Notes under the pieces: generated by a model
The model's input: only the letters and a program-made list of their open reading frames with translations
What the model was told of the DNA's origin: nothing
The model's database searches: none
In this document: positions 12,725-27,365 of the stretch, piece by piece
How positions within the stretch are numbered: the stretch's first letter is position 1
Layout of the letters: each line of letters opens with the position of its first letter
Position numbers and translations under genes: made by a program
Source: Spironucleus salmonicida
Taxonomy: Eukaryota
Reading direction: 5' to 3'
NCBI RefSeq assembly: GCF_000497125.1
Contig: NC_090599.1
Coordinates: 434,001 to 498,000, forward strand
DNA: 64,000 nt

Positions 12725-15700
12725 TCAGACTTTTTCTTCTTAAATATTTCCAGATATAAACCTTAATTATGGACAATTAGCGACTTGCAAATCTTTTTCA
12801 GGACTAATTACAAATAAAATTTCAATAATCTTCATAAAATCACCAGCCTATACTAAAAATTCGACTTTTTCAACACAATTTTCAGTCCATTTTTTACCAG
12901 TTAGTATAATTTCAATCTGTTTGTCACTTTGATTTTCAAAATAGATGTGTTGTCCATATATGAGACTATCAATGAACATATTATGACCAATTTGTGTAAT
13001 TTTCGCCGAAAATGCAAAAGAAATAAGACATTTAAGTGTAATTGTAAATGTTGTCTATTCATTAAGGTTTAATAGTTTTATAAAATGTTGAGAATTATTA
13101 TTTTTCAAGCATTTTGGAACAAAAGAATCTTTAATTAATAAATCCATTGATACACAAACTCCTTCACCTTTTAAAGTTATAATAATATCATTGATTTTCC
13201 TTTTCATTGATTTGTCTGTAAAGATAGCAAGACAGATAACTTCCTCTGTTTTCCCTGATTTTATTGGTAAATATTAAAATATTAACATTTTCGACGTTTT
13301 AACCAGCTTTGAATCAATAAAAGATAACAATTCTAATTCTGCGTCAAATGACTAAATAAAGTTCTCTTTAACAAAGAATTCAGTTAAAGGCTAATCAATC
13401 TCAATAGATACTTATTTTTTCTTAGCTTATCCGACTGGTTGTTGTCCAAAATCTAGAACATATCTTGAACACACAGATTATACTGGCTCTATTTTTGGGG
13501 TTTCTATTGGGGGTGGAGGTTCTGGGACTGTATTTTTCTTAGATTTGGCAGATGGTGCTCTTTTAATTTCCTTTTACAAAACTTTTTCTTACACCTCTGC
13601 TACAACTGGCAATTAATTAGAAATGATAGTATCCTCTGAAATATGAACCATTGGCTAAGAAATAATAAATCTGTATGTTATAACTGAACATACAGCTTTT
13701 TAATCTATTAATATTGGGGCATTAAATTCAATATAATCTGATTTACTTTAAGTAAGATATCTATTTATATATTGTAAATCTGAATTTATATTCTCAGATA
13801 AATATTTAAGTAAGTACGCGACATTAAGAGGATTCAGATCAATTTATAATTTAATACGCTACTCTTTTTCTAATATTCCGGTAGTTGGTAAAAATTAGAT
13901 AAAATTATTAATCTTTTTAATTTCATTAATGAATGATGGAGCAATAGTATATTGAATATGATCGTTTGACAGACTAGATAATTCTATATCTGTATAAAAT
14001 ATATCATTAAGTGCGATTTCATAGATATTATCGTCTAATAATTTTGTTTATACTATGTTTTTCTGACTTGACCCAATGACCTAAAAGGTTACTTCTTATC
14101 CATACTCAGCTTCAATTAACACTTGCATTACAAATTTCTTCTCAATGTCTAATTTATATGATATATAAAACTCTTTAGTCTCTCCAGGCATTAATAATTA
14201 TATGCCACCATTTGGCTCTGAAAAACTGCTAAATCCAATATTTGTACTAGTATTCTATTTATTTGAAATCATTATATGCTATGGTAAGGCAGAATGATTT
14301 TATACTTATAAAGGGAACTTATGATACACACCAATATTGCTAGAATAACTTAAATTTATTTAATGTCCACTTTAAATTTCATGTGGTAATAAGCATGAAA
14401 TATTTTTATTAGTGAATTCAACTTTAACATGTAAATATAAACATTCCGGCTAATTAAATGCTATTACTTTAACCTTAAATTAAAAACAAATATAACTTCC
14501 AGAAAAATCTTCTTAGCTTATTTTTAACTAAATTTCTGCTAGTTATTCTTATTAATATTAGATGTTTTAAAGAGAATTACTAAGTTATGTATCTATAATT
14601 ACAATCTATTACTCTAGTTCTTCCTATGTTACTAATTGTTTAACTGGCTTGACTGGTTTTTTACTATTTTCTTATTCTTATCTTAGTTTTATCATATCAT
14701 CAATTTACTATTATAATTCTAGCTTTTCAATTTCATTCCGCTGAATAGCTGCTTTTTCTGTTTCTATAATATCTGAGATTTTAGTTATTTAAGTGTACCT
14801 ATCTGTAATTTAAGAATCTAGGTTTAATGATTGTCTAGTTGTTGCAAACTAATCGTCTGATATTTGAATATCAGACCAAAATTCATTTTTAAGATTTTTG
14901 ATACTGTTAAGTTATTTTTTGGATGCTATTTTCAATGAAAGCTTAGGAACAAATTGCATATTTTTAACATTAAGAATCATATCATTTTAATCTACTGTTA
15001 TAAATTACTTTAAGTTTTCTGGAATAACAATACTAACCTTTCTAGATTATGAAGCTGGGTCTTAATTTGTTATATTAACAACGGATTATGTCATTGCTTA
15101 GTCAAATAATCCTATCTAAAAGGTTTAGTTATACTACTCACCCCAAAAGCATGTTTTGAAATCTATTTCCTCTTCTTCTAATTATACTGGTGATGAACAA
15201 GTTTTGCATATAGTTTATAATTTATAGGTTCTTAATACTTTATTGTTTACGTCTAAAAGATTTAGCTGTTAATCAAGCAATAATTTTTTAAATTCTGGAG
15301 ATTTTGGCGAATGTATTTGACTTAAAAAGATCAATGAACGTGGCGGTATAATGAATTGAAATTCGAGGTCGTTCAATTACTAAAAATGTAATAATAGCTC
15401 TACAACTGAAAAATTATTTTTAAATTCATTGTCAATTAATGATATACGTTCTTAAATTTATATCATTAGTTATTCGTTAAATATATTTTCATCCATATAA
15501 TTAAATGTACCCTATGGGGGTGTTATAGGTCGTTTTTTCTTTGGATCAATTGTATTTAACTATATTGTCTTTTTGTCATATAATTCTTTTTGAACAGCTT
15601 CTTTTATTTCAAATGTTTTCTTTTCTGTAAAATCTTATTTACAGGATAATTTATATTCTTATTCATTAAATTTATTTCCATCTAAAAATAAAATTTTGGG

Positions 15701-17923
15701 TTTGCATAATTATAAGAATGAACCTTTAGCAAAATTAAACATTTCCTTATAAAGCAATACTTATTCATTTGGTGGTTCTGGTATTTAGCCATACTTTTCT
15801 ATTTATCTTTTTGATATAAATTCCTAAATATTATTATCTGTTATATCTTAAAAGTTTTCTTCGACTATAATAGTATTTTTGTCAGTTTTTAATTTCTTTT
15901 TATCAGCTAATGCTTATTATTCTAGATTATATTATGTAAATTATAACTTAATTTAATCAGCATATGTTTAAATATTGTTTTAATAGTAACTGATCTACTC
16001 ATATATGGTATTAATAACTTCGTCTGGTAAAAGTTCAATTAATTCAATAATGCCAGCATTTTTCAATTAATAAGAACAAGATATGGGTTAAAATCCAGTA
16101 TTTATAAAGTAATAACCTATTTAAGTATTTCCATCTACCAAGCATGTTGATTACACTTCATACTACTAAGATTCAACTAAATCCTCATTCAGTTTATAAT
16201 TTAAACTAGCATCATTGATATAACTATTATATACTTTAAAAGATTCATTATAATTATTAAATATTTAAATTTTAAATGACTCTTTATAACAATAAATTGG
16301 AATTAATAAACTACCACTTTAATGCCTGATAACTAATTCAGTGAAAACATCTTTAATATCAAAAATATTAGGGTCATTATAAGTAAATTTAATTTTAATC
16401 CTAGTTCCTTATCCAGGTGCTAACATACCTGACGGTGAGTATTCTAGCTTAAACATATTTCTATATTATTCTTCAATTTCATTAATTTTAAATGTTTATA
16501 TTGTCGCAGAATTATTAGTAATTGTAAATACAAATGCTTATTCTACTTACTACTTAAAATTATAAAAGTATATAGTATCTGGTTAAGATATGAAAGTAGA
16601 ATCCTTCGCTAGTTTTTGCGGTAATAAGGATTTTTATAAAGTTGTTGTTAGCTTATTAATTGACGGACTTAAAGGCACTAGCTTTGTTTGTTTGATAACA
16701 GGTATTTATTTCTCTCTAACAGTTAATTTCTTTGAAAATGCTTATGCAACCGGTTGGACATCGTCTGATGAATCACCTTCATCCGGTATTTCTTCTATAA
16801 CTTGCATTTTCTTAGCATCCTTGCTAGGCTTCTTTTGCTATTTACTAGAAGGCCTTTTTCCTTAACTTTATGGGCGACTAAAATTTAATTTTTCATTTTA
16901 GACTCCTAACAAATCTCTTAACTCATCGTCGGCTTAGTTTTCAATATTTACTACTTATTATTTCAATTAAATCAAGGAATCACAATTAACGCTCTTTGTT
17001 GTACTCCCCAACCCAAGTCCAAAATGAGGTGGAATCACATTCTTAGCCCTCTCTGAAACATGCTTTTTCAAGTGATCTGGAATATATGCATCTGCTACTG
17101 CACCTTCCAAAGTGTTTCCTGTAACCTTTGAAATTACTCTTTCATTTTTTGTTGATATTGCCATATCTTTAAGCTTGTTTTTGATAAAATCCTTCTCTTT
17201 TTGAACTTTATCCTAAAATTCAATCTCCCGGATTGCTAATTCTTTGGCAAAATCTTAAGCATCCTTCTTTCTCTATTTTAAAATTTAATCTCTTTTTATT
17301 TCAAATTTCTCAAGTTTTTATTGTTCTGTAATTACTCGTTAGTCTTTATATGGATTTTCCAGAAACTCTGTTTTACTTTTGATGCTTGATAATAGGTTTT
17401 ACTTGTATGCCGCCATAGCTTTGATGCTTATTGTAGGTTCTAGCGGTTGCTTCTAAGGTAGAGGTTTATATGTGATTGAAGTCTTTTTATTAGGTGGATT
17501 AAGAGGTCTGAAAAATGATGTTTAGAAGTTTTCTTTGTGCTCTGTCCATTCTTTTAAAAATCGTTACATGAACTATTTATAATTAGTTGGTTTTTTCTAA
17601 TAAATTATCGGAGTTGGTGGTGGCAAATCTTCGATAGCTAGCTGTGTTAGCTATGTGAATTTTTTATTTTTAAGCTATTTTTGGGACTCTAATTCATCAA
17701 ATAAGTTATTTATCACACTGTGTAAAACTTCTAGTCTGTCATAATACTTTGCCTATTGTTACAAGGCAGATAGATAAGGTTTCTCTAATGTAGGATCTTC
17801 AGCAAACTCGAGATATGCATTTTAAAGCTATATAGAAGCAGATTCATAATTTAATTCATTTTCTTCATAGAGTTGTACCTCTCTTTGTATTCTATCGGAA
17901 ATTATTTTTTCCGGAATTTTCAT
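12725..17923 (-). CDS. Large flagellar-type protein (~1732 aa): N-terminal coiled coil plus ASH/MSP-like Ig domains; CFAP74-like
   Basis: FTITNNSATIQTFKI...FKLEYSPSGMLAPGQGTRIKIKF is an ASH/Hydin-like motif; frame agrees with track ORF 16967..17164 and with the stop. Confidence 0.7.
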
Positions 17924-18016
17924 TTTAGGCAAAAATTAAATATGAATATTATATAAATATAATTTAAATATAGAATGTTCTGAATATGATATATTTTATA
18001 TATAAAAATAATATCT

Positions 18017-18649
18017 ATGAGTTCAGTTATTAAAATGGATATGAACGAATCTGAATTAAAATAGGCATAGTCATAGTTTGTTAAGTAGTTACTTACAACA
18101 TCAATCAATTTTTAATTAAATGATGTGAATTAAGCTATTGAGAGGTTGAGCTTTGGTGAACCAGTATGCTTTGATTTACTTAAAGATGATAGAGCGCAAA
18201 TATAAGTTACAGTTACAGAAATATCTGAATAAAATGAAACGGTGTTCTCAAAAATAGAAAGTACCAGTTTGAATAGCTAGTATAACGCTTAGTCTAGTAT
18301 CAATGATATCAAGGAGTTGATAGAGTAAAACACATTACTGGATAAAGATTTACATTTAAATGAGTTATCATTAAATGATATTTATAGTGAAAATAAGACA
18401 ACATAGATAGATTGCAATTAAGATCATTCATTTAAAAGTTAGAAATAATATGTAGCTGATGCTTACGTTGATATTGGAATAAAACCAACATCTACTTTAT
18501 TAACTGGATCAGTCAGAAAATCTTAAGTTTTAGTGGAACATATAAATTAAAATAATGTGTAAATTAAATTATTTGATTCTCCAAAGTGTAGGAAAAGCTG
18601 TTAGCAAATATAAGGCTCTTGTTATAAAAGTAGACTTTCTCATTAATGA
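18017..18649 (+). CDS. Hypothetical protein, 210 aa
   Basis: Fully translated table-6 ORF, divergent from the CFAP74-like gene. Confidence 0.75.
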
Positions 18650-18662
18650 TGGTATTATCAGC

Positions 18663-21179
18663 TCACTTTTTATTCTTACCTTTTTTACCTTTTTTGGATT
18701 TTTTCTTAGGAGGCACTGGGAAATGTGTGTCAAACAAATCTTTAATTATTTTCATTTCCTCTAATCTTTGAACCTTTTACTCATCTGTTTCTTTAGTTAC
18801 TTTGATATCTAGTTCATTATCATTTACAGAATCATCAGAATCAAAACCAGCCAATTCTTACTTATTTAAGTCTAATGCTTCTCTATAGTCTACATTTTCA
18901 TTAAAGTCTATTAATATTTCATATCTTTCACGATCAGTCATTTATGCATACGTTTTCAGCTAATCTGGTAGCTACTATTTAACTGAATCTGAATATCTAT
19001 CAATATCAACTTATGCCAAAAGTCCTTTGCCTATTGTAGCTAAAATGGCTGCATTGACCCATTTGCTATATTCTTCTGATATATCCTCTCTAATTTTCTA
19101 TAAATCATTAGTATTGTGCAAAAATTCTATAAATTCTAAAATATTTCTGCCCACTGTCTAAAAATCCTTAACACAATACTGCGTTTAACTATCCCCAAAA
19201 CTTGGTATATACACAGTATATGCTTTTCCACCATATTTATTGACGATATAGCGAATATTTGAATACTATTCTTCGGGGTTAAAACCTGTAGTTGTCGATT
19301 ATTCGTAATCAAAATTTGGAAATTTTTTACAGAAGGAGAATAAACTGCTTTCAACAAAATATTATTTGTTTTACAAGCAGTATTCATAAATTTATTTCTC
19401 AACTTCTAATGATACAAATTTTTTATCTATTTCAATAAGTGGAACCTCATCTGGTGGTGGACGCTATTATTAGTGTTATTCTTAACTTGTTATAAATGCT
19501 TTACTTCTTCGTTCTTAAAACATTCTTGTTAATACTTCTTACGGTAACTTTGGGACTATTCCTAAATTTCCAAAAATTTCCCATATCTTCATTTTTATAG
19601 GTTAATGATTAACAATTGATATTTAATCTATTTTCCATTTTTAAATAGATGTACTTGACCTCAAATCAAGAAGAAAATCTGCTCTAATTTCCTTAATAAA
19701 TTAATTAAATAATACTTGTTAAGGAGTTCTATAATTTCCTTCTTCGTGGAAAAATTTTTAAAAATTAATACCAAAATTATCTGTTCTACAGTTCCCAGAA
19801 ATTGTCCCATCGACTGCATACACTGGTAATACATAGAATACATATGTATTAAGCAAAATTTATCGTTATTATAAATGCTTATTATACCATATCTTAAGTT
19901 GTATTTTCTCCTTTTCATTAGCTTTCTCTATTTATTCCTAATATTCACCATCATACTCACAAAGTAAGTCATTGATAAACCCAGTCAATGCAAAACTAGC
20001 ACTATTATCTTATGGTGAGGTCTTTGACAAAATAAGGAAACTTTTCTTATCTTTTTCACTGTACTAATATATTTTCACCAGTGGCACCTAATTACCAAAA
20101 TAGCTCCTACAATAACTCAACATTTCAATTTTAACCCCCTTTTGCAGTATTTTGGTATTAATCTACTACAATTTGTTCAAAATCCATCCGTAGCTACAAT
20201 TTAACTGAGAGCTAAAATAAACAATTTCCTAGTCAGCCTACACCTCAAATTTGAAAATATAGCAGTAATAATTTCCTGGAGCATTGTATGAGATTTCGAC
20301 ACCTTTTTTGAGCTTTCCACTCTTTTACATCAGCCCAGATTTCTTTAGAAAATTTTTAAAATTAACCTATTATTATTTGAATTCTGACATTTCTTGCACA
20401 CGAAAACCGTTTGCTGCAAGCCCCACTGACGGCATCGCATCGAGGTAGAAGTAAGGTGTTTTACGCTAAAACGAGCCTGAATAACAGCAAATTTCGGACC
20501 CAATCCGGCTATATTTGTCCGTAAAAATCAATGGCTAGAACGGCTACTTTAGCGGCTTAAGGAGATTATTTACTTTGAAGGTGTAGGATCCCTGCTTGAG
20601 ACCAGAAATGGCAAATGCGAAGCTCATTTGGTGGTTCGAAGTCGTGAGATCCGGCCGTAGCAGAATATCGAAATTCGTGCCATTCGCATAAATAGCGAAT
20701 AAATTGGCCGTTTCGAAGCGCGATTCAACCTTGTAGGCGTTCGACAGCTTTAGTGAAAACGGTTTTGCGCCGATGTTCAATAAGGAGTGGAAAATCAAAA
20801 TCTTTTTCGTTTTCTACAGTAATTCCAACGACTCCTGCTTCTTGTAGGGCTCCTAGTCGCTAAACGTGACCGCGGGGTGCGATTCTGCGAGCTCTGGGTT
20901 TGGGTAGTTCAACAGCATCTGCGGTGAGTCTATAGGAACTTTAAGTTACTGCGGAGGCAGAATCAGTGGCTGGAACGCTAGTTTGGGTGCAGGAACTCCC
21001 GGTGCCGCCTGGCTATGCTGGAACGTCTACCCCTTCAGGTAGTCGAGCTTCGGTAGCTGGTCCCGGCCGTCCTGAGTAGGCATGGGCTACGGCAGCTTCG
21101 CGTTCGCGATGATGCTGTCTGCGACGGAGTAGTGGTCACCCCGCGTTAGAAGCGTTTAGATCAAATCTTGCTTTTGCAT
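18663..21179 (-). CDS. Cytosolic carboxypeptidase (CCP/AGBL, M14D)-like protein, 838 aa, degenerate active site
   Basis: ESRFETANL..FDILLRPD pro-domain; FYVLPVYAVDGTISGNCR; zinc motifs altered (SKTSPQD, DLRSS); basic C-terminal tail. Confidence 0.85.
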
Positions 21180-21220
21180 TCTTGGAATTTCACGGAATAT
21201 TAATTATTATACAAAATAAA

Positions 21221-23071
21221 TCAGTCGTAGTTGAATGCGCTGCCGCCGATGAACTCCCTCAAAATGGAGTGCTTTGGCACGTAGTCGCTGTTGATGCCCT
21301 GGACCCACGATAAAAATTGAATTACCCTTCTCGCCTCCATGTAACTATCAGAATCCTGGTTTACCTCGTGAAGGAGCGGTATTACGTAGGTGCTCAAGAC
21401 CATCAATTCATAGTCCAGGGCAGTATTGAAGTAGACATCCGCCCTACCCTGATTTGGGAATACCCATCTCTCTTCGCCCTTACGAACGTTTGTGAACAAC
21501 TCAATGGTTCTTTCTGCGCTGCAGTTTCTGTATTTCTTGTCTCGGACAATTCGACGAATCATTCTATAGTCACGGGTAGATATGCGGCAAGTTTCGTCTA
21601 CATTAATGCTAGTTAGCGGTTAAATGAAAATACCAAATTTTTGCTGAATTGGCACAGATTTAGTCAACAATGGATTAAGTGCGTGGATTCCTTCAATAAT
21701 AACACATCCACGATAAGGTAAGGACATGATTAGTTTCTTTTACTCTCTTTCACCTGTTTTAAAATTATATATAGGAGATTCAATTTATTTTCCCAATAAA
21801 AGATTACTAAGGTCTTTATTGAATAATGGAATATCTAAAGATTCCACATGCTCAAAATCATATTGACCATCTGGGCCCAAAGGAGTATCCACTCTATTAA
21901 CAAAGTAGTTATCCATAGATAAAACAATGGGATTTCTTCCCATAACAGTTAAGTTATATTAAAGCTTTTTAGCAAAAGTAGTTTTACCAGCACTGCTAGG
22001 GCCTGATATCATGACAAGTTTTATCTCATCTTGCACAGTAGCCTATCTACCGATTACAATAGAATTTTTGTTAAAGTTTTCTTTCACAGTTTTGTAAGCA
22101 TCTTTAACAGTGATAGGCCCATCTACGCAAAATTAGTTACGCCCGTTTAAAATTAATTTACAAACTTCACCTATTCTTTAATTTTGTCTGCTTTCACAGA
22201 TTTAAATGTAGCTTTTTAATCTTTCATCTCTATTTATAGCATTAAGCTATCCTAAAGAACTTACTTTCAAAACTTTAGACCAGTTCTAGTTTTCTTAATA
22301 TAATTGGTGAATAGTTGCATTATGCTAAAATTCAGGAATTTCAAAATGATTAGTATGGCTTGGATAAACAATTACTATCATATCTTCAATCATAAGTAAT
22401 CTATACTGCTTCAGTGACCCAGTAGTAGGTACTAAAGGAGTGTGCATTAATTAGTAATAATTACCACACTGACTAGTAAACACTCTGTTTTCATTTTTAG
22501 ATCTTACTACATCTGCAGATTCAGGTTGTGCTTAATTAGTTAATATTTATATAATATTTTCACTAGATATAGGTTTTCTAGTTAATATAGGAAGATTTTG
22601 CTTGATTAAATTTTGCATTTCTTTCTTAATCATATCAAACTCGATATGATCTATTGAATTATGCTTAGGAGCTGGAGTTGTCATTTCACCTTATAAATCA
22701 GATGATTCTATAACAATAGTATCATTCTAACATACTTCTTTAAAATAAAATGCGTGTCCAATTGAATGAGAAATGGTAAGCTAACGTGCTGGGCATATAT
22801 TATTCCATGCCATCTAAAGAAGGAAAACCAACGATTTACGATAAATAGACGATCCAGATACTGTGTCAGGATAAACTAGCTAGATATGAGAAGTTATCTA
22901 GATCTTATCAGATAATGATACAAGTTCATTATTCATTGTCGCCGCGGTTGGTGATAAATTTTTACTATTAGGTGGGAAAATATCTGGGTATTGCATAATT
23001 ACATCATAGATACGTGTGCCTGAAGGGATTTCAATCGGATTCGTCTAAGAATCAGTACTTATAAGTGGCAT
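21221..23071 (-). CDS. Uridine kinase/phosphoribulokinase family protein with N-terminal TGS/ThrRS-like region, 616 aa
   Basis: ISGPSSAGKTTFAKKL P-loop, MDNYF, EGIHALNP, RRIVRD, C-terminal SILREFIGGSAF. Confidence 0.92.
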
Positions 23072-23214
23072 TTGGTAGATTTAAATCGAAAAAACAACTA
23101 TATTTATATATATATAATATTATTAAACTAATTTGACGTGTTTAATCTATAATCAATATATATTCAAATATTTATATAAAAATCAATTTAAATGATTATT
23201 TATTATAAGAAATA

Positions 23215-26205
23215 TCACTTTTTGGCATGTTTCATAGCGGCCTTAATTTTCTGTCTACCACCTTAAACCTTGCCTGCCTTTATTGAGTTTGCCTTACTGC
23301 CTTTTGATATGCGCTCTTACACTGCTCTAGCAAGTTTTGTTTACCCTACTTTATCTCTCTTAAACACTCCAGATATTACCTATTAAACACCTCTCTACTG
23401 ATGTTTGCTTAATTTACCATGTAAAGGTATAGTAGCAGAGGGGCGTTTCCCATTTCTTGTTATGTCGCCACCAGCACCTTTGGCTTTAAATTAAATTCCG
23501 GTATTGATATTACTTAAATGCTATTGCATTCTCCTAGCTTCAATCATTTTCAACTCATCCTTAACATTTTCTAAAATTCTATCTTAATTGTTTTTATGGC
23601 TTACTTGATCAATAAATTCATCATAATTTTCATGTTAATCTAACTCATCAACTTTTTAGAACAACAATTCATCAATTTCGTCTTAATTTGAATTACCAAT
23701 TTTGATAATTTCATCATCATTATAATTTTTATTGGATAACTAGCTCCTTAGATGGCTTGGAAGAGTAATATTAAGCTGAATATACGTGTTAGCTTCATAT
23801 CTACCAGGATAGCTCTACGGAGAAACCTTCTTCAATACATGCATTATCTTGGTTTATACAGTCCTAGCCGTACGTGTAGCTTCGAAATTTCCTAATTACT
23901 AGCTTAAAACGGCTAAATTGCTCGTTAAAATCTCATTAACAAAATCTCTACCTACGCACAGGCCAGCTGCTATGAAAATACGCTTGATTTAGCTCCTGAA
24001 CTTCGGAACTAATATCATCTCATAAATATTAAACGAATATTGGTCTAAAAACTGCTGCAATTGCATAGAATCCAGATTGCAAAACAACATCTCGATGTAG
24101 TTCAAAATAGGCTATTTTTAACTATAATTTTGCGTAAACAAAAACTACGCAAATTGTACGAATTCGACAGGGAAAACAGGCAACTGGCCCATTTTAACGT
24201 ATTCGTCGAGCTGCAGCTTCATTATCTCACCAATACGAAACCCATAATAAGTCATGAATTTAACATTCTGAATGGTCGCTTCCTACGTGACAAATTTGCT
24301 TATATCAGTTCCATTTTCGGCCAGCTTGAAAACTACGTCTACAGCCGCATTTCGGCCCTTGCTATTTTCGATGCAGAGCCCTTAAAGGACCTCATTTTTG
24401 TAGCTTTCGACCCGCGCGGTCAAGTTTTCAGCCACGAACCGAACGCGGTATTTCATGTCCAATTTACACTCGTCAAACAGCGCAACGGCACCCTCCAAAT
24501 TGACCTTTGCGAAGCCGTTCAGAACCTTAAAACAGCAATTCTGGTCGTAGTTATTTTTGAGCATTTGAGCGATCAAAACGCTCATGATTTGGCCCGTTTA
24601 AGCGCCCAAACAGTCCCCAAAACGCTCTATGAAGCACGCCAGAAGGCTCACGACGATCTGCTGTGCTTCGGGAGCTAATTGCGGCAAAATAGCGACTTTT
24701 TATACCAAGAAGCTCACAGAAGTCTTAATTTCCGTGTTTGCGGGCAGCGTCGCGATGAATTTGCACGTGTTTTCGATCGTCGGCTGGCTGGTCCCGACGA
24801 GGATTTCCTGCAGGTTCGTCTGCGTGAGCGCCAGCGCGAATTTGCTGAAAACGGCGTTCGTTTGGTCGTCGTTTTGGTTGATTAGAGTGAGGAATTTGAG
24901 CTTCGAATTCGCCGCCAAAAGCTCCAAAATCTCCCGCGAATTCTCGATAAAGAGCATATAATTCTCCTCTATGAAGTCGTCAAGTTCGATATTTTTCAAT
25001 ATGCTAATCAAATTTTGGAGCGAAATAACGATATTTTTTTGCTATTTTTCATACTTTTTGCTCTCTTCGGACCAGTTCAGGAACGCCGTCGTGAACTCTT
25101 CGAAGCGGCAGGAGCTGCTGAAGGCGACGAATTGGATGTTCTCAATGCCGACGCCAAAAATTTGGAGGTTCTCGTAAAGGTCGAAATTCTCAGCCAATTT
25201 GCACAAAATTTGTGTGCTTTTTCCGACATTTTGTTATTATTATATCACCAAATTAATAAAAATTTACAAAAAATGATAGCCGTTTTTATGCTTTTTAACG
25301 CACGTTCCCATGTCCAAAATCAGCGTGTGGAAATGACTGAAAATCGTTATGAGCTTGCTCAGGTGGCAGAGGCTTTATATCAGTTTCTCGTTGGAGTGGA
25401 AATCGAATTTTACGAGGATTTTGAACGCGAAAACGAACTGCTAAATCGGCGTATTCGGGTTTTCCTGCAATTTGTGGATGAGAATCATCGCCGTTTCGTC
25501 GGTTTTTTCTGTCAAAACGCCCAATTTTGCGAGCAAAATCGGGTTCCTGAACGACTATTTGATCGTATCGAATGCCAAACTGTAGTCGAAAATGACCGAT
25601 TAATCGATCAAATAGGAAAGGAGTTTTGATTAGTCTGAGTATTAATGAGATATACAAATTTGTTTGAACAAATTCGCTCCCGCTAAAGTGGAAGTTTGGA
25701 GCGTTAAGGCGATAAAGAAGTAGCTGGCGTTCAGGAGGCGCTGGTTCTGCTGCAGGAGCAGAAGGGTAGCGTTGGCTACTTCCTATGCGAGCGCATATGG
25801 CGGCAAAACGTCTTTTTCGAGGGCTATTTTGGTCTCTAAGTGCAGGATATCCTGGATGAGTTGGTCAGTGATTTTTGGCTCGTCTGTGAGCGTCTGGACG
25901 ATTGGGGAGATGATCGGGCGCATTTGGGCTTCGATTGAGCGCGTTACGGCGATTTGCATCGGCTGTGAAGACATCACGTGCGGGATCGCTGAGTAGGCTA
26001 GTTAGAGCTCGCAGATCGAAAGGAACCCCGAAAGGATCGCTGTGATCTCAGACGATGGCGCCTGTGTCGCGTATTTCAAAATAAACGCTAATTAGCTCTT
26101 CTGTGTCTTCTCAGCTCTCGAAGTAACGTGCAAGACCAGAGGCTCTAGTGTCGTTTACTTATTGTGATACTTTTATGACGCTACCAGGAGATCTGAAACG
26201 TTCAT
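23215..26205 (-). CDS. RRP12: RRP12-like HEAT-repeat ribosome biogenesis protein, 996 aa
   Basis: C-terminal KAKGAGGDITRNGKRPSATIPL matches the RRP12 KAKKAxGDVKxxGxxxPYAYIPL pattern; three track ORFs share this frame. Confidence 0.75.
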
Positions 26206-26311
26206 TCAATTGAAATGGTTAGTGGAACGGAATAATAATTATTATATACATAATAATATCTTTTTGAGAATGAAAGTTAATCATTATTTATATTGTTAAA
26301 AACAAATTAAG

Positions 26312-27161
26312 ATAAAATTGTACGGCAAGCGTGTATATATCTTCGTTTCGAGTATTGAAAACCAGATTGAGAAAAAATAACTAATAAACTTAGCAGTAAT
26401 AGGTTTTACATGATAAATTCTGAAGGTTTTTTCGATTTCTAGATATAGAGTTAAGTTTCTTATCAACAGTTATATTTTGTTAAAAGAACTAATAATAGTC
26501 CAGAATAATTTTGAAATATATACCTACAATAAATTATATAATACTTTCTAGTATTATTTGAGATTAGATCGCAGTAAAAACCTAGTCATTGCTCAATTAA
26601 GTATATTTATGTTTTAATGAAATGATTTTGGATCCTATTCTAGTTAAAATATATTGAAACATACCAGTTCCTATTTATTTCTTATAATACTCATGAAAAA
26701 CGTACTAATTAGCATACTATTCACTCGAGGCCGAGGGCGAGCCGGATCTGGTTGACGATGTCCACCTCGCTAGTGAGCTTGGTGGGTATGCATGCGGTCC
26801 TGGTCGTTGCCTTGGTGTCTGGGCGGCGGTGCGTGACGAAGGTCCTCACGTAGTTGTAGTACTTATTCTTGAGGGAGAGCGCGGAGAGCGCGGGGAAGTG
26901 CTCGTCCCGGATCATCTGCCAGTTGCAGCCGTAGAGCCGCACGCCCTCGCTGAGCAGGGCCTCCTCCTGCTTGGTCCACTTGTGCTTCGCGGCGTTCATT
27001 TCTGGACTGCGAAGGTCGGGACAGTTGTGTACTTTCGCATATCCGGAATATATCAAAAAAGTTTGTGCAGTAAAAACAGAATTATGTGCATATACCCAAT
27101 TAATGGGAGCGGGCCGCCTTATCTGGCGGCAGATACTATCCCGCCCCAGATAGTGAGAGGC
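26312..27161 (-). repeat. Left arm of 850-bp inverted repeat (Myb gene plus ~400 bp AT-rich downstream flank)
   Basis: Reverse complement of 27551..28400; no mismatch seen by eye. Confidence 0.95.
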
Positions 27162-27365
27162 GGGTTGCGCATATATGGGTATAAGTTTTATATTTCCCTC
27201 TCCAAAAACCGAAGTATCGATTCTGGTGCGGTGCGGCAGCGGAGCGAACCGGGCAGTAGAAGGAGAAGGATAAGGGGTGAGCAGGATGCGGGGTGCGGAG
27301 GCGCCTGAGCTGTCCCCTGAGCAGCGCGGGCGGGCACCCACAAGCGTATGGTTAGTATTCAGAAA
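26709..27365 (-). repeat. Myb cassette copy 2 (657 bp)
   Basis: Reverse complement of 10341..10997. Confidence 0.95.
26721..26999 (-). CDS. Single-repeat Myb protein copy 2, 92 aa
   Basis: Same as copy 1 except S->R and R->I in the C-terminal tail. Confidence 0.92.
   Translation of the reverse strand: MNAAKHKWTKQEEALLSEGVRLYGCNWQMIRDEHFPALSALSLKNKYYNYVRTFVTHRRPDTKATTRTACIPTKLTSEVDIVNQIRLALGLE

Noticed and set aside
24061-25629. Long + strand ORFs here and at 32184-33324, 47045-47853 and 57290-58031
   Set aside because: Antisense shadows of GC-rich parts of minus-strand genes (RRP12-like, Vps34, WD40, PDI-like)
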